Of a DNA stretch of 64,000 nucleotides, positions 46,103 to 58,100 are shown piece after piece. This DNA is from Hyphochytrium catenoides (lineage: Eukaryota; Protista; Hyphochytriomycota): positions 1 through 64,000 of the forward strand of contig FLMG01000547.1 of the NCBI GenBank assembly GCA_900088475.1. The letters are read 5' to 3'. The number at the start of each line of letters is the position of its first letter. Positions within the stretch are counted from its first letter, which is position 1. The notes beneath the pieces were generated by a model. The model searched no databases. It was not told the DNA's origin and saw only the letters and a program-made list of their open reading frames with translations. The position numbers and the translations under genes are program-made.

Positions 46103-49100
46103 TTTGCTGTTTGATCCAACGGCTGACTCAATGAACCATTATTTCCTAGACCATCATTTTGCCCAACTGCTCTCATTTCGTACAGTACAAACTTGTGTGT
46201 AGGTAATCCAAAGCTGATATAGGAAAAGAAGAGCTCTGTCTACAGGTACCATGTCCAGAACGGCGACGGTTCATTCCACGGTAAAAGAATGGCTTAGTAC
46301 GAGTAGCTTAGTAGGGCTACGGCTACTGTATCTTTTGACAGGTGTGGAAGGAGTGCGGGTCTTCCTCTCTTGTCTCTCACTGCCACCGCTTACAGACAAA
46401 TCTCTGTCCTGCCTGTACGCAGTAAATAAAGAGATAGTGTTTCATAGAGTGCGCCAGCCTGCGCACATTGAGAACGTGGTCCTGGGTCAGCTTCCTGGAG
46501 CTATTGCTGGAGGACTTCCTCCTTTTATAGTGTGGTCATCAGAGGAGATGATGAAGTCTTTCTTGCTGGTTGTCTAGTCTTATAGTAGTTCTAGTGGGTC
46601 GGCCTTCTTGCATTATTGCCGGTTCTCCCTTCCATGCCTCTCATCAGGACAAAGCCATGCACGGCGGACAGCTGTTTATCATAACGCGCTAAGTAGAACC
46701 ACTTACCTCTTAACAGACCTGTGAACTGCACGGCTTGCTTAAGATGTTTTGCACCTAATGGTGGGCTTTGATGCGAAGACCGTACGAAGAGACCTTGGAT
46801 GCCGACGTCATATGTGTTGGCACGCCGTGCCGCCTGTATCTACTTTAGTGCTTAGTAGACGTTGGGCTAATCTCTCTCGTCTGTGGAGCAGGCTCTCGGG
46901 TTTGTACAGGTTGCACGCGTGCTCTCCTCCCGTGTATTATGAGACGGCTGAAAGTCAAGTTATTAAAAAGGATCTGCCATCCAAGAAAAATTTTTAGACG
47001 TCCGCTGTGAAATGTTGGATCTCAAGACAAGTTTCCTTCTCTCTGTTCTACTACCGGTTATATTCTTATCAAGGGAAGTATGCAGAGGGAGAGAGAGCTG
47101 CATAGCGCCCTGGTCTAGAGGCTAAAGACGCAGGCACGAGCGGATGGAGCTATCGGGTCTTCGATGCTCTGCGACTGCTATGGAAACTTTGAACCCATCC
47201 AACAGCCTATCTTGCAGACCGAAAGGTCGCCGCCGGGAGCCCCCCTTCTCTTCCTCAAGCCAAAAGTGGAAAGAAAGCTCAAGCCCTGGTCACTTTGGAG
47301 CAATCCGGAAAGCTTGTTGCCCTTAGGTACGGATCACACCCGTACTAAGAAATGTTTCTTCGATTGGCTCCTTTCATTAGGGGTGGCGCTCTCTCAAGCC
47401 TCCGTTTGTCAGGCAGCGACATAGAAGGGTGCTGGACATCAGATGGGGGTAGAATGACAAAGAGACTTTTTTCATAGTAGTGTGGGGGCGATTGCCGCTC
47501 TATTGATCTCGACCATGTGACTTTGTGAAGGCAGAACACTAGGGCCACAGGAACGGATAGCAGTGACAACATTCAACTCCCAATCCCTTATCCCGATACT
47601 GCTAAGCACGCTCATGATGGGCGGACTTAACAATTCCTTCACAGCCGCGGCACTGTTAATCATGTTGAGAGCGACTGCAACCCGTTCAACGGTATGTCCG
47701 ACCATAACACAGCAATGCAATTAGGAGACACGAGAGAGCGAACATAGCCAGCGAGTACGACAGGGGAGCTGGTAGTGAGACATTTAGACATCTCCAGCGT
47801 AAAGCGTGCTCCGCCATAACTTTTTAGATCGACTTGTATGATGCGAAGCTCTAAATTGCACCTTCCTTCTACACAGATCTGCAGGTCATGAATCACGGCT
47901 AGCTGCAGAGGACAGTTCAGATCTGTAGGCTCATCTGTAAGGAAACCATAGAACAGGACATATTGAAGTAGGTCTCACTCAGTTTTCTAGACGGTGTGTG
48001 CTTATAAGATGCAGCTAATATTCTGTTTGCCAATCAAAGCTTTAAAGAGACGGTTGCAATCACCGTGCTGAGACAAGAAAACCTTTCAGTGCAAGGCATG
48101 CGGGTCCACGACGTTCTTGCCCTATTGAGCCACAGGAGCTACGGGATGAGAACGAATATTAGAAGGCCAGTTATACCTCGCAGTTCGAGAATAAATGTCC
48201 CTTGAGAGGTCACATGGAGGTTTCAGGAGGTGCGATGTCATTGCGACATGAAGCATCTTCAGCATTTCACTTGAGAACAAGGGCAAGTTCCTGGAGTGAA
48301 GACACGGACTCAACGACGTCTGTGAACGGTGGTCGTCTTCTTCCAATTGTCGTTCTCATGTCGTTCTCTCTTTTGCACCAGCCTCTATCTCTTCTTTACC
48401 TTCGCTGTCTATATTATTGACTCTTCTCTTCCGGGTTTACTCTTACCTATCCACTGTTCCTCCGCTCCCTCTCTTACGTCTGACCTCGTTGATACGTTTT
48501 TCTCCCCTCTTGCTCTAAATGACGTAAGATGACCTTTCGCCGCTCTCTAGTACTATCTCCTCCTCACCTTCAGTGTACGAGCTGGTCTTGTCTCAAGACT
48601 CATCTCTTCTGCCGCAATCCTCTCGCAATCAAACAATAAGGTGATTTAGCACCGGTATCTATGAGGACATTGCAGACTTCTGCGGCTGCAGGTCTGATCC
48701 AGATATTCTTTAGCACTAACAATATTACCCTTTCCGATGTACCTGCCAAGCAGAAAGAAGCTCCAAAGTCTAGCATAGCGCTTTCCTAGCCTCGTTTTCT
48801 TTTCTTTTTCTGGGTTTCAGGCTGTTCCTCGAATGAACTCATTGAAGTCCCGTACTGGCTAGCCAAAGTTGAATAAGACCTATCCAATTCTAACCACTTC
48901 CTGTATATGAACCTCCTCCTGCTGATGCCCTTGTTCATCCTGGCAATGATAGACTCAATTTGTTTCTTTGCCAAGCCCTTTCTCATCAATTCATCTCTTA
49001 TCTTGGCTCTCATCTCTTTCTGATTCCATTCATTGAACGGAATGGTGGCCCGGATTGGTTGATTGTCACCTATAGCTTTCAGCAGGACCCGGTCTTCCAT

Positions 49101-52100
49101 CTGGCCGACATAGTACTTCAGCCTGAAGTACGGATCCGTTGAATTGCTGCATCTTCCCGTAGGAGGCTCGCCGATCACCTCTTTCCATGTGAGAGGAATC
49201 GCGAAATTTGTGCGATCAAAGTCTGCGGTCAAAGCAGAGTCTGAACCACTCACACCTACAGCCCTTTCTCGGCCTTGCTCCTCAGAGACCACTTCTGCTG
49301 GAACTCCGCGACGCGAAGACATTGAGGTCTCAAGGTCTTGATCTTCATCTCGCCTTCGCGTCTTACCCTGAAAGGACGCCATTCCTCTATCTGCATATTG
49401 GGTCAAAAGGCCTATATATATTGATACGAAGTAAAGAGGGTGATAAGCTTCACCACCGACACCGATCGATTAAGACGCAATGTCCAGTTTTCCACTCACG
49501 TTCGTTATAGGCTTCCTGTATCCCTATATCTCTCCGGATCGCGGCCGTTATCCTCTCTACTTCCGCGAGTAGTTCTAGAGAGGCTTCTCTTCTTGGCTGG
49601 GAGCTCTCGTCTGCCCTCATGGCGTTGACTCCTTCCGTAACCACCCTGTGAAGATTGTTCCATCCGGACCGGATACCCATTGGGGCCGTCCTACTTGTAT
49701 CCTTTGCCATCTGTAACTTTGACACCACCTCATCAAGCCAAGCCATAGAAGATCTAGTTGGGGCAATTTGAACATTTGCTGATGGGGTGCATTCTCTCAG
49801 CACCCTGACGAAAGGATTAGGTTTGCATGTTGATGTGCTCCTAGGGCTGCGATCCTCAATCTGAGGGGAATGGCGGGGCAAGAGGTCTTCGTAAAATAAT
49901 TGAAGCCTCCTCAAGTTCCAGTCTTTGTCTAGAGGCCGCCTTATTACATGAGAAGTTCATGCGGAGGCGAGGACAATGGTGACGAAGTCAACACCTGGCA
50001 ATGCGCTGCCATAAATGCGAAGCGTCCGTTACCCATTATCCGTGAGCAGTTGCTTGAAGGGCCACATAACAGGTTCCATATCCAAACCATACAAGCATTC
50101 CTGCATGACATGGAAAGCTCGCCCGGCCTCTACATATGAATGATACACCTCGCTTTGTAAAGGCGCAAGTTTAGTTCGAAAAATTGTATCTCCCTCTATC
50201 CTCTAAACAGGAGAGAATATCCACTTTAGAACAAGTCTCTATTTGCCTCGAGGATGTGGGCATCGGATTGCAGATCAAGTGAAAGGTGTTGACTTCTTGA
50301 CCTACCTATCCCAAGGGCCACTGGCTCTGATTTCAGCGTCCGTGGCACCGCTTCGTGCGGCCCATTGAGCTGCCGAACGCCTCACACTATGTGAGGTGAA
50401 GTCGGCGCCATTTTGAAATGCCGTCATAAACGTTGTCTTAAACATCTGGCTCAACAGAAAGATATATGGCGAATGAGAGCCATAATGGCAAATGTTTAGC
50501 GGTTGGGATGGGGTGTTTAGGGAAAAAGGGTGACGAACCAGTTCGAAATCGTCATTTGTGATGGCAACATATGATTCTCCTCGTCGACCGGTGGTCGTCA
50601 AACTACGGTGTAAGCACGTGGAACGTTAAACATGATAATAAACCAGCCCTGCGTGCGGCACTTACCCATTCCTTTCCTTCGCAAAAAGAGGACCTCGTGA
50701 TCTATTCTGAGTCAGCCTGATCCGTCCAATGAGTGCCATGACTGTGATGCCAGGACATAGCTCAAGCTTCACTCCAAAGTTCCTGAATACCACTTTGCTG
50801 AATCCTATTCCCTCGGGTCAGGTCATGGAAGGCAACGTTTGAGTGTGAGAGCACAATTGTCCTCGTCCTAAGTGCATCCAAGAAATACCTCGATTTGAAG
50901 CCTTCGTTTGGTCTCCCTTTCTTCGCCTAAAATGTATGACCAAATACTTCGGAATGCCGTCCTCTGCACTGACTGGAGGTTCGTCAACCCTCGATGCAGA
51001 GGAGCTGTGACCACAGCTAATAGATCCCCTCAAGGTACTGGAAGAAGGTAACTCAACACTTTCAATTTCCAACCGCGCAATCTCTGAACGCCTGCTCATT
51101 GTTGCGTGACAAAGAAGAATCATTGTCCAAACGGTCAAGTTCTCAACGGACCCTATGGAGATCAGCGTATGCATTAGTGCTATAGCTACGATATGGGTCT
51201 ACGAATGAATAGGCAACTAGTAGAGCAATCAATTAGCGCATTGTATGAACTATCAGACGAAGATGATGTCACTTACAGCCCTTCAGGACAGAATTCTCGC
51301 CATTTAGTTCACCACTTGAACTTTGAAGGACTTCACGAATAACAAGAAGGTCATCCAAGTCATACGTTGCTGCCATCTTATGCTGCATTGTTGAAAAGCA
51401 TACCGCTCCGTCGGTGGCGTTATTGGTCGTGGAAGAAGAGGCCGCTGCTGCTAAATAAGGAAGTCATACTATGGAACACCACTAAAGACCGTTGGGGCTT
51501 CGCTTGTCCGCTTGGATTATATGGTCCGGGTGAAGATTTGGGCTACTCTTCTTCCCTTGGATTATATTCCGGCTGAAGATTGTGCTAGTAGAGTAGGAAC
51601 TACCCTTGATTCTAATAATGTGCAAACCAAGAATCGAGGAATGGAACGATTTCTCTCATTTTTGAAGCTTTTTTCCAGCTTGGCGGCTTATTTTTCTGGA
51701 TGTTGCTTCTGTAGTTCTGCAGGAACTGACAAGATCCCCCACGGATAACCGAACCAAGAACTGGTAATGAACAACAAGTTGGTAACTTGAGCTTCATCCA
51801 AGGAGCAAGTAGCGCTTCTGGTTGCTGTAGCCAGACGGCTTGTCTGCTGCTTTGCTGATTGCTTCTTATTACTCCACCCTGAAGAATCTGTATCCTTTCC
51901 TTTGACGGCGATTATAAGCTAGAGATACCAGGCGTAGGTGCTTCTTCTGTTATAGGCGTCGTGTGGCTTATTAGTCTTCTTGCTCTAGCTGCAAAGACTT
52001 TGTTCTTGCCTCGATTTCTTGTGTGTTGGAGCTAGCGAGGAGTCGTATTCTCCTCTACTTCCTAATGACTGCGGTCCTCTTGACTCTTCCTTCATTCGAG

Positions 52101-52540
52101 GGCCGAGCTTGCGGTTTTCATTTGCTTTGCTACCTCTCCCGCCGCACATTCCGCCGCTTTTGCTTTTTGTGCTCTGTTGTTCGTTCTGGAGGTGCCTGCA
52201 TCTTAAGCACGTCACCTCCTCAAAGGACTCTTCATCATTTACAGCCTGGAGATCCTAGAAGAGTGGCTGCTTCCGTTGTGTGGCACTTTTTTTCTCAAGC
52301 ATTTTAGAGTGTAGGTGCCAGTGCCGGTGGAGGCGTGCCCATTGCCTTTCTCTTCGCCCGGCTATGTTCGTTAGCCCTTTGAAAGAAGAGAGCATTTTGC
52401 TCTGATGATGTCTAAAAATTCCGCGAACAACAACAGGGAAGGGCATTTTGCCTATCTCCCTCCCCAATCTCTAATCATTCGGAAACTGGGGCAGGCCGTG
52501 AAAATAGCTCTCACTATAGCAAAAAGCAGGCATTTTCAGT
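46100..52540 (-). mobile_element. Candidate Crypton-like DNA transposon region (boundaries not defined)
   Basis: Intron-containing YR gene with no RT/RNaseH nearby, flanked by decayed, unannotatable ORFs between two host genes. Confidence 0.5.
48786..51450 (-). CDS. Tyrosine recombinase with C-terminal GCR1_C-like domain (Crypton-type), at least 8 exons; 5' end unresolved
   Basis: Predicted exons 51450-51277, 51179-50889, 50804-50666, 50602-50539, 50445-50306, 50152-50033, 49939-49500 and 49411-48786 join in frame. Catalytic set: MSRRSEI (R), RKGDQ (K), ELCP...GPLF, HSVRRSAA (HxxR), GPWDS (W), EVYHSYVE (Y). C-terminus has PLTWKEV.G...ISRRRFIYRKW and KKKRKR. Confidence 0.8.
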
Positions 52541-52829
52541 AGTATGGCAGACCTCGGGTCACTTGTTGTTGCCCCAGTGGATGAAGTATTGTACGTAATA
52601 AACAGCACCGTCACCAAGGACTTCATCAATTCGCCTGCGATGCCCTACCCGGCACCGGGTGGCCTACCTATTGACAACGTTCTCACGAGAAGTCACATCA
52701 CCCGACAATGGACCCCATCGGCCAAAGCAAGAAAGAGCACACTTCTCCACGTAGGAGGAATAGGAGCATTGGGCTACTTTAGTGCTGCATTGGTCCTGCT
52801 ACTGGCTGTAGGATATGGACAAGCAATCG

Positions 52830-53921
52830 TCAATGTATCGCGCTATCTAATCCTGGAAAGAGCTCCCACATTATCCAGTCCCCTACTGGCCTGTAGCCGA
52901 TCCGCGTGTAAATGCTGTTGGACGTAGGGTTGGACAGGTCTGTGAAGAGCATGCAAAACTTGAAACCTCTGTCTAGCTGCATTTGGCTTACGTTGGATAC
53001 TAGCAGAGATGCGTAGCCACGTCCTCGCCACTCGGGCCGAGTATAGACGGAGTTGATTGCAATTCCTGTGGCGGTTGGTCGAGCTGCCCTAGCCATAGCG
53101 ACGATATTCTTCGCCACGGATAGGACGAAGAACTCTCCATTACTGACCTCTGACATCACCCGATGTCTTTGAATAGGGGGGGAGTGGGGTACGGCTTCCT
53201 TTCGGAACAGCTCACAGAGCTCAACAACGGCATCTTCTTCTGCTTCGCCAGCTTGTTTGATGAGCACTTCCCCTTCAGCAGCAACTGCGGCGAGAGGAGG
53301 GACAAGCAACACCTTCTGAAGAGTAAAAATGCGCATCTTCATGACTATCTTTGGTCCATACAGCATTTTGTCGGCCCCAGGCGATGCCATATTCTGGGAG
53401 CAGCGTAGGTACGCCACCCTCCTCTGTGCTTCATCATTGGAGGCAGCCTCCGCTAGTGACCATCTATATGCCTTCAAGAACTCTTGACATTCCTCTGGTT
53501 GACCCTCTAGCTTCTGAATGGTTCCCATGTATACAGTACTGCCAGCCAACACGTCAGACAAGGCCCTCCATTGGTCGTCCTTCAGTTTACTGTCGCTGAA
53601 AAGCACCAACGACCTCATTCTCCGCGACATCATTGCAACAGCTACAATCTCGTTTCCTATAAAGCTTCGAATAGACCAGAAAATGTGAGGCAAGGGCCCC
53701 TCTTCCTCCACGTGCGCGGTTGCACTTGCCACGGCCAGAAATAGGTTGCACATTGCCTCGTGCCCCAGGAGAAACTCCTTGCATGTTTCGAGGAACACGA
53801 CTATCTCCTGCTTGCTATCGAACAACTGCAGGTGCACGCCACCATTGGCTACACCTTCGTTGGCGCTCTGCTCCGGACTTGGGCAGGAGTTAAAATCATC
53901 ACCACTATTATTATCCTGCAT
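52830..53921 (-). CDS. GNAT-family acetyltransferase, bacterial COG3393/FR47-like type (363 aa, intronless)
   Basis: INSVYTRPEWRGRGYAS (acetyl-CoA motif A), CMLFTDLSNPTSNSIYTRIGY, and N-terminal FL..HEA.CNL.L. Confidence 0.92.
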   Translation of the reverse strand: MQDNNSGDDFNSCPSPEQSANEGVANGGVHLQLFDSKQEIVVFLETCKEFLLGHEAMCNLFLAVASATAHVEEEGPLPHIFWSIRSFIGNEIVAVAMMSRRMRSLVLFSDSKLKDDQWRALSDVLAGSTVYMGTIQKLEGQPEECQEFLKAYRWSLAEAASNDEAQRRVAYLRCSQNMASPGADKMLYGPKIVMKMRIFTLQKVLLVPPLAAVAAEGEVLIKQAGEAEEDAVVELCELFRKEAVPHSPPIQRHRVMSEVSNGEFFVLSVAKNIVAMARAARPTATGIAINSVYTRPEWRGRGYASLLVSNVSQMQLDRGFKFCMLFTDLSNPTSNSIYTRIGYRPVGDWIMWELFPGLDSAIH

Positions 53922-55148
53922 GTATGGGCTTCAGCAGCAGGATTCGTTCCAATCTATTACTACGTGGTTGAGCCCACAAGAGGATGACCTACTGAGCAGG
54001 TCGAGGAGAAGTTGATCAGCGCTGCTTATTATTGAAGTAGTAAGCTGATAAGGAGCTTCACCTACCTTACAAGACCCGTCCTCCTTTATAGGACGATGGC
54101 TGAACCGTCCTCGACTTCTTATAGGACGATGGCAGGACTGCTGGCCTCTATGAATGCGTCTGATCACTTTATAGCCCTTTACCTGCTCTTAGAAATGTAC
54201 CAACAATCCGTTCACTGTGGAGCTGTCATTTGAGATAATCGGGAAAAGGTTAGGTGAAGAAGCGTTGAGTCGAACCAAACTACAGGGCAATGCTACCTCT
54301 TGGATACATTACCTTTCTCATCATAGGATCAGGCAAGCTGTCTGACCCTCACCCCAATAATCATCACTGCATGGAAGCTGTGATGGGGCTGACAAGGAGT
54401 TGAAGGCAAAGCGCCAGAAAGAGTGATGGTCTCTGGATAGTTCTTGGCTTCCTATGCTTCGTAGTTCAACTGGTCCGAGCAGAACTACTGGGAAAAGTCT
54501 GCGTAGTAGTAGTATTTGCGTACGCTCTTTATGTAAGGTTGTTTCTGGTCCTAGATGACCGGTACCGGCTATTTGTAGGCTCTTTCATAGGAGTGTTACT
54601 CATGAGGAGGCGGAGGGTTAAAGCTCCTCATCTTCGTTTGGATCAGCGCGAAGGGATGCATCGCTTCATCTTCAATCTTCATCGCCAGGCCATCCTCTTC
54701 CGTTCATGACCGTCCCAGACAGCACTTCGCTGCTGTGCTTAGCTCGATAGTCCTCCTCAACCCTAAGAGCCTTTGGAATAGCACTTCCCTGCTGCACTCC
54801 TCCCTCCTGTCCTGATTCACATCCGCAGCATTGTGAGCAGGCAGTTTGCTACAACCAGCCCGCCTCCCCGAGGAGGCGGAGATTTGCCTTAACGACCGCT
54901 GTGTGTCTACTGAGCAGGGAGGTTAGCTACTGGGTTGTCTTCAGTCAGCTTTACTGGGAGGGACAAGATATAATGGAACTTGATGTCAAGAACAGTCATG
55001 GCACTAGGCCCACGGAGAGATAGTCTCAACCTGGTCATGGCACACCTGTGTCACAAGTTAGTCTCTCTTGTAGATAATGGGCTACTCAACGTCAACCTAG
55101 AGTCCAAAGTTTGGCTGGACGAGTGAGAGAGCTTGTTGTCTAGCCAAC

Positions 55149-58100
55149 ATGAGGCGGCTTATCCTCTCACACCCGCTGATAAAGCCAACCATCCAGCTAA
55201 TTCTGGTGCTCTACATCTGCTTGATAGGTACGTTTTGTTCTTGAAGCCACGCTGGGCTGCGCTTCTAAGAGCCGTGTGTCGGTCACTATAGGCGTCTGTG
55301 GGGCACATCAGCTGCTTCTGGTCCCGCAAGCATGGCAACCGGTGGCTGGGATTGCCCTGCAGCAAGCTCCAGTGCTCCGTTTACTAGACGACGCTGGAAT
55401 CTTCCTCCACGACTTTACCTTTGGAACCGTAACAGTCTCTCTTGGCAAGTCAGTCAAGCCAGTTAGCCACTTGCATCCTTTAGCCAACTCGTTCCCAATA
55501 GAGAACGGCATAGTCCGCTGTCCAGGACTTTACATCAATGAGGCAGGAGGGCCTTACACACTCAAGTTCAGCTCACCCGAACTGAACGTTGAGGTAGGGT
55601 GCATGATCTTACCGGTGCTGATTGACTCAGCCATAAGCTCTTATGCTCTACATAGGTGGAGTCGCCGGAGTTTCATGTCGCGGTCGGTCCGGCCCATGCT
55701 CTACGACTGGATGAGTTTCCTTCGAAAGTCACTGGGGGTGTCCCTTTTAACATTGTTGTTTCAATGAGAGATCGGGGTGAAAACCTCGTAGCCGATCAGA
55801 GCTCGGGCTCGGTGGCAATAGTCTTACAGGAAAGCGTACCTGGATCTACACTGCAAGCGCCAGCAGGCTTGCAAGGTAGATCGATTGAATTCCTCTAGCA
55901 GCGGTCAAAATAAGCGTAACAAGTGCTAATTCAACTATGCAGCGCGCATTGTACGTGGATACGCGAGGTTCACAAACCTGCAGATAGATAAGGCTGGAGG
56001 ACCCTACCTGATTCGGCTGTATAGCAACTTAGTTTTACCAGGAGCATCGAGCGTTTTAGGCGGCCCATTTCCTGTCCTCATCGGCCCGCCACATAGCGTA
56101 AGCGATTCATCAAGAGTCACACTTACTATTGAGAGAGCTCCATCCTTATCATCGCTCTACCACTTCCTTAGCTAAATTTGGTCCAGCAGCCCAGTGGAGC
56201 TCTTGCAGGCATGCCCTTCTTGCATCAGCCGGTGGTGGAAGTGCTCGATCGGGGTGGCAACAGGTAACTATTGTCCTCGTACAACCTCTTCTCTCCCTGA
56301 TATGAGGCTTACAACTAACAACCTGGTCTCCACTATAAGGCTACGAAATAACCATTTGAGTCTCATCAAAGCGTCACTGATAGATTCCAATTACACCCTC
56401 AAACCACAAAGTGCCACGCATCTGCGCCTGAGTTATGGGGTTGCAGGTATCTAGCAAGAGGTATATGAAATTGCCTTGGTAGTTGCTGAGGTGGCGTTTT
56501 GCTCTTAGCCTTCAGTCGACTTCAGATTCAGGAGAAAGGCACGGGCTTCGTTCTGCAGTTTGCTATGTACGATAGGCTGATGAACTCGTCGAGGTAGGGT
56601 GATATCATTGCTGGCGTCTTAGGCATTGCTGTCCAGAAAGGAACGTCTCTTACTATAGTTAACGTGGTCCTAGGTATGTTTACAACGGTCTGTCCGTACA
56701 GAGCCATCCCCTCCAAGTGATGGGAGGGCCTCCAGCTGCTCTGAGGATTACTCAGCCGGGAGGGCAGAACTGGGCCGGGGGCAGACCAATGGGACGGCAG
56801 CCACTCGTCACCCTATTGGTATGGAGGGTACGTTCAACAGTTATTTATTACGGTTTCTAACTCTCAGTAACTCAGGATGCGGGAGGCAATATCGTAAAGC
56901 AAGCACCATATAGCACCCAGCCAATCCTAGCTGAGCTAACGGAGAGCCTGGGACGCACATCTGAAGTTAAGATTAGAACAACTGACGCACCGCTCACAGC
57001 TATTGCGCTTGTGAAATTGCGTACCGCTCCCGGTACATATGGCGCGGGCCACGACATAGACATCGCCGTAGACTTCACCCAGGAAGTCCTGGCTCAGGGG
57101 GTCATTGAACTACCTCTACAGACAGTTCCCCAACGTTCAGCACGCTGTATCTCTCTGGACGAATGGTAAGCTATGAACCTTGGTGAAATGTGGACGACGA
57201 AAAGGATATATGTATCAACTAATTACGTGGATTGCCAAATTGCGACAGGTCCAAGACATTAATTTTCCGTTACGCTGTTCATGATGGAGACTCGACTGCA
57301 TCTTTACCGCTCGACTACGTTGGAGCTCCGGCAAACCTCATTCTTCCTGGCGGGTCGAGCCGCCTAGTGGATCGACACGATAGGCCTGCAGACCTCGGGC
57401 TCCCTACTCCTGGAACGTTTGAATCACTATCTTATCCTGGGAAGGTAGATCAATCACTAGTTTCTTCCGGCAGTCTTTCTTAGGCGATGCGTTCGTTTCC
57501 CTGCCCTCAATTCCATAGGCCATTGTCATCATCGATACCGCCGCACCTACCGTCATAGCCATCCGCTCCAGAGAATCCTCTGGAACTTACGGTGTGGGCC
57601 AATACGTGGATTTAGAGGTCGTGTTTGATTGGCCCGTAGCTGTCATCAACCAGCCTACACTTGGTAGGCCGTGGCTTGGCGCGTCATAAAGGTTCGTCTT
57701 GTTGCTAACGGGCTTCGGCTTGCTTCCTGGTTCGTTGTAGGGCTAGCTTTAGCAGGCGGAAGAGTAGTCCAAGCTCTTTACCTTGAAGGGACAGGAACAC
57801 GGATATTGGTCTTCCGGCATATCGTGAGCCCGATGGATTCAACCGGCATTTCAAACCTTGAAGTAAATGGAGTTGAGACGGTGGCCGGAGAAGTCCGCCG
57901 CTGGTCGACAAGCCCGACTACTCCGGCGGACCTTACGATATCTCCAGCGGCGCAGCTGAGTGTCCACTCTGCAATACTGCTGGATTCATCTGCGCCCACA
58001 ATCCAGCGGCTGTACAGCTCGAATGGCGTTGGCTTGTATTCCGCTGGAGATTTAATCAGAATCCATGTAGAATTCTCCGCAGCTGTCACCGTAGAAGGCT

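Noticed and set aside
51283-52533. Alternative genetic code (TAR=Gln)
   Set aside because: Host genes end at TAA/TAG at the expected positions (enkurin, BTF3, MurL, mucin).
52544-52927. 127-aa plus-strand ORF
   Set aside because: It overlaps the GNAT 3' end antisense and has no recognisable domain.
54860-54879. GC-rich 8-bp hairpin as a Helitron 3' end
   Set aside because: No CTRR terminus at the proper distance on either strand.
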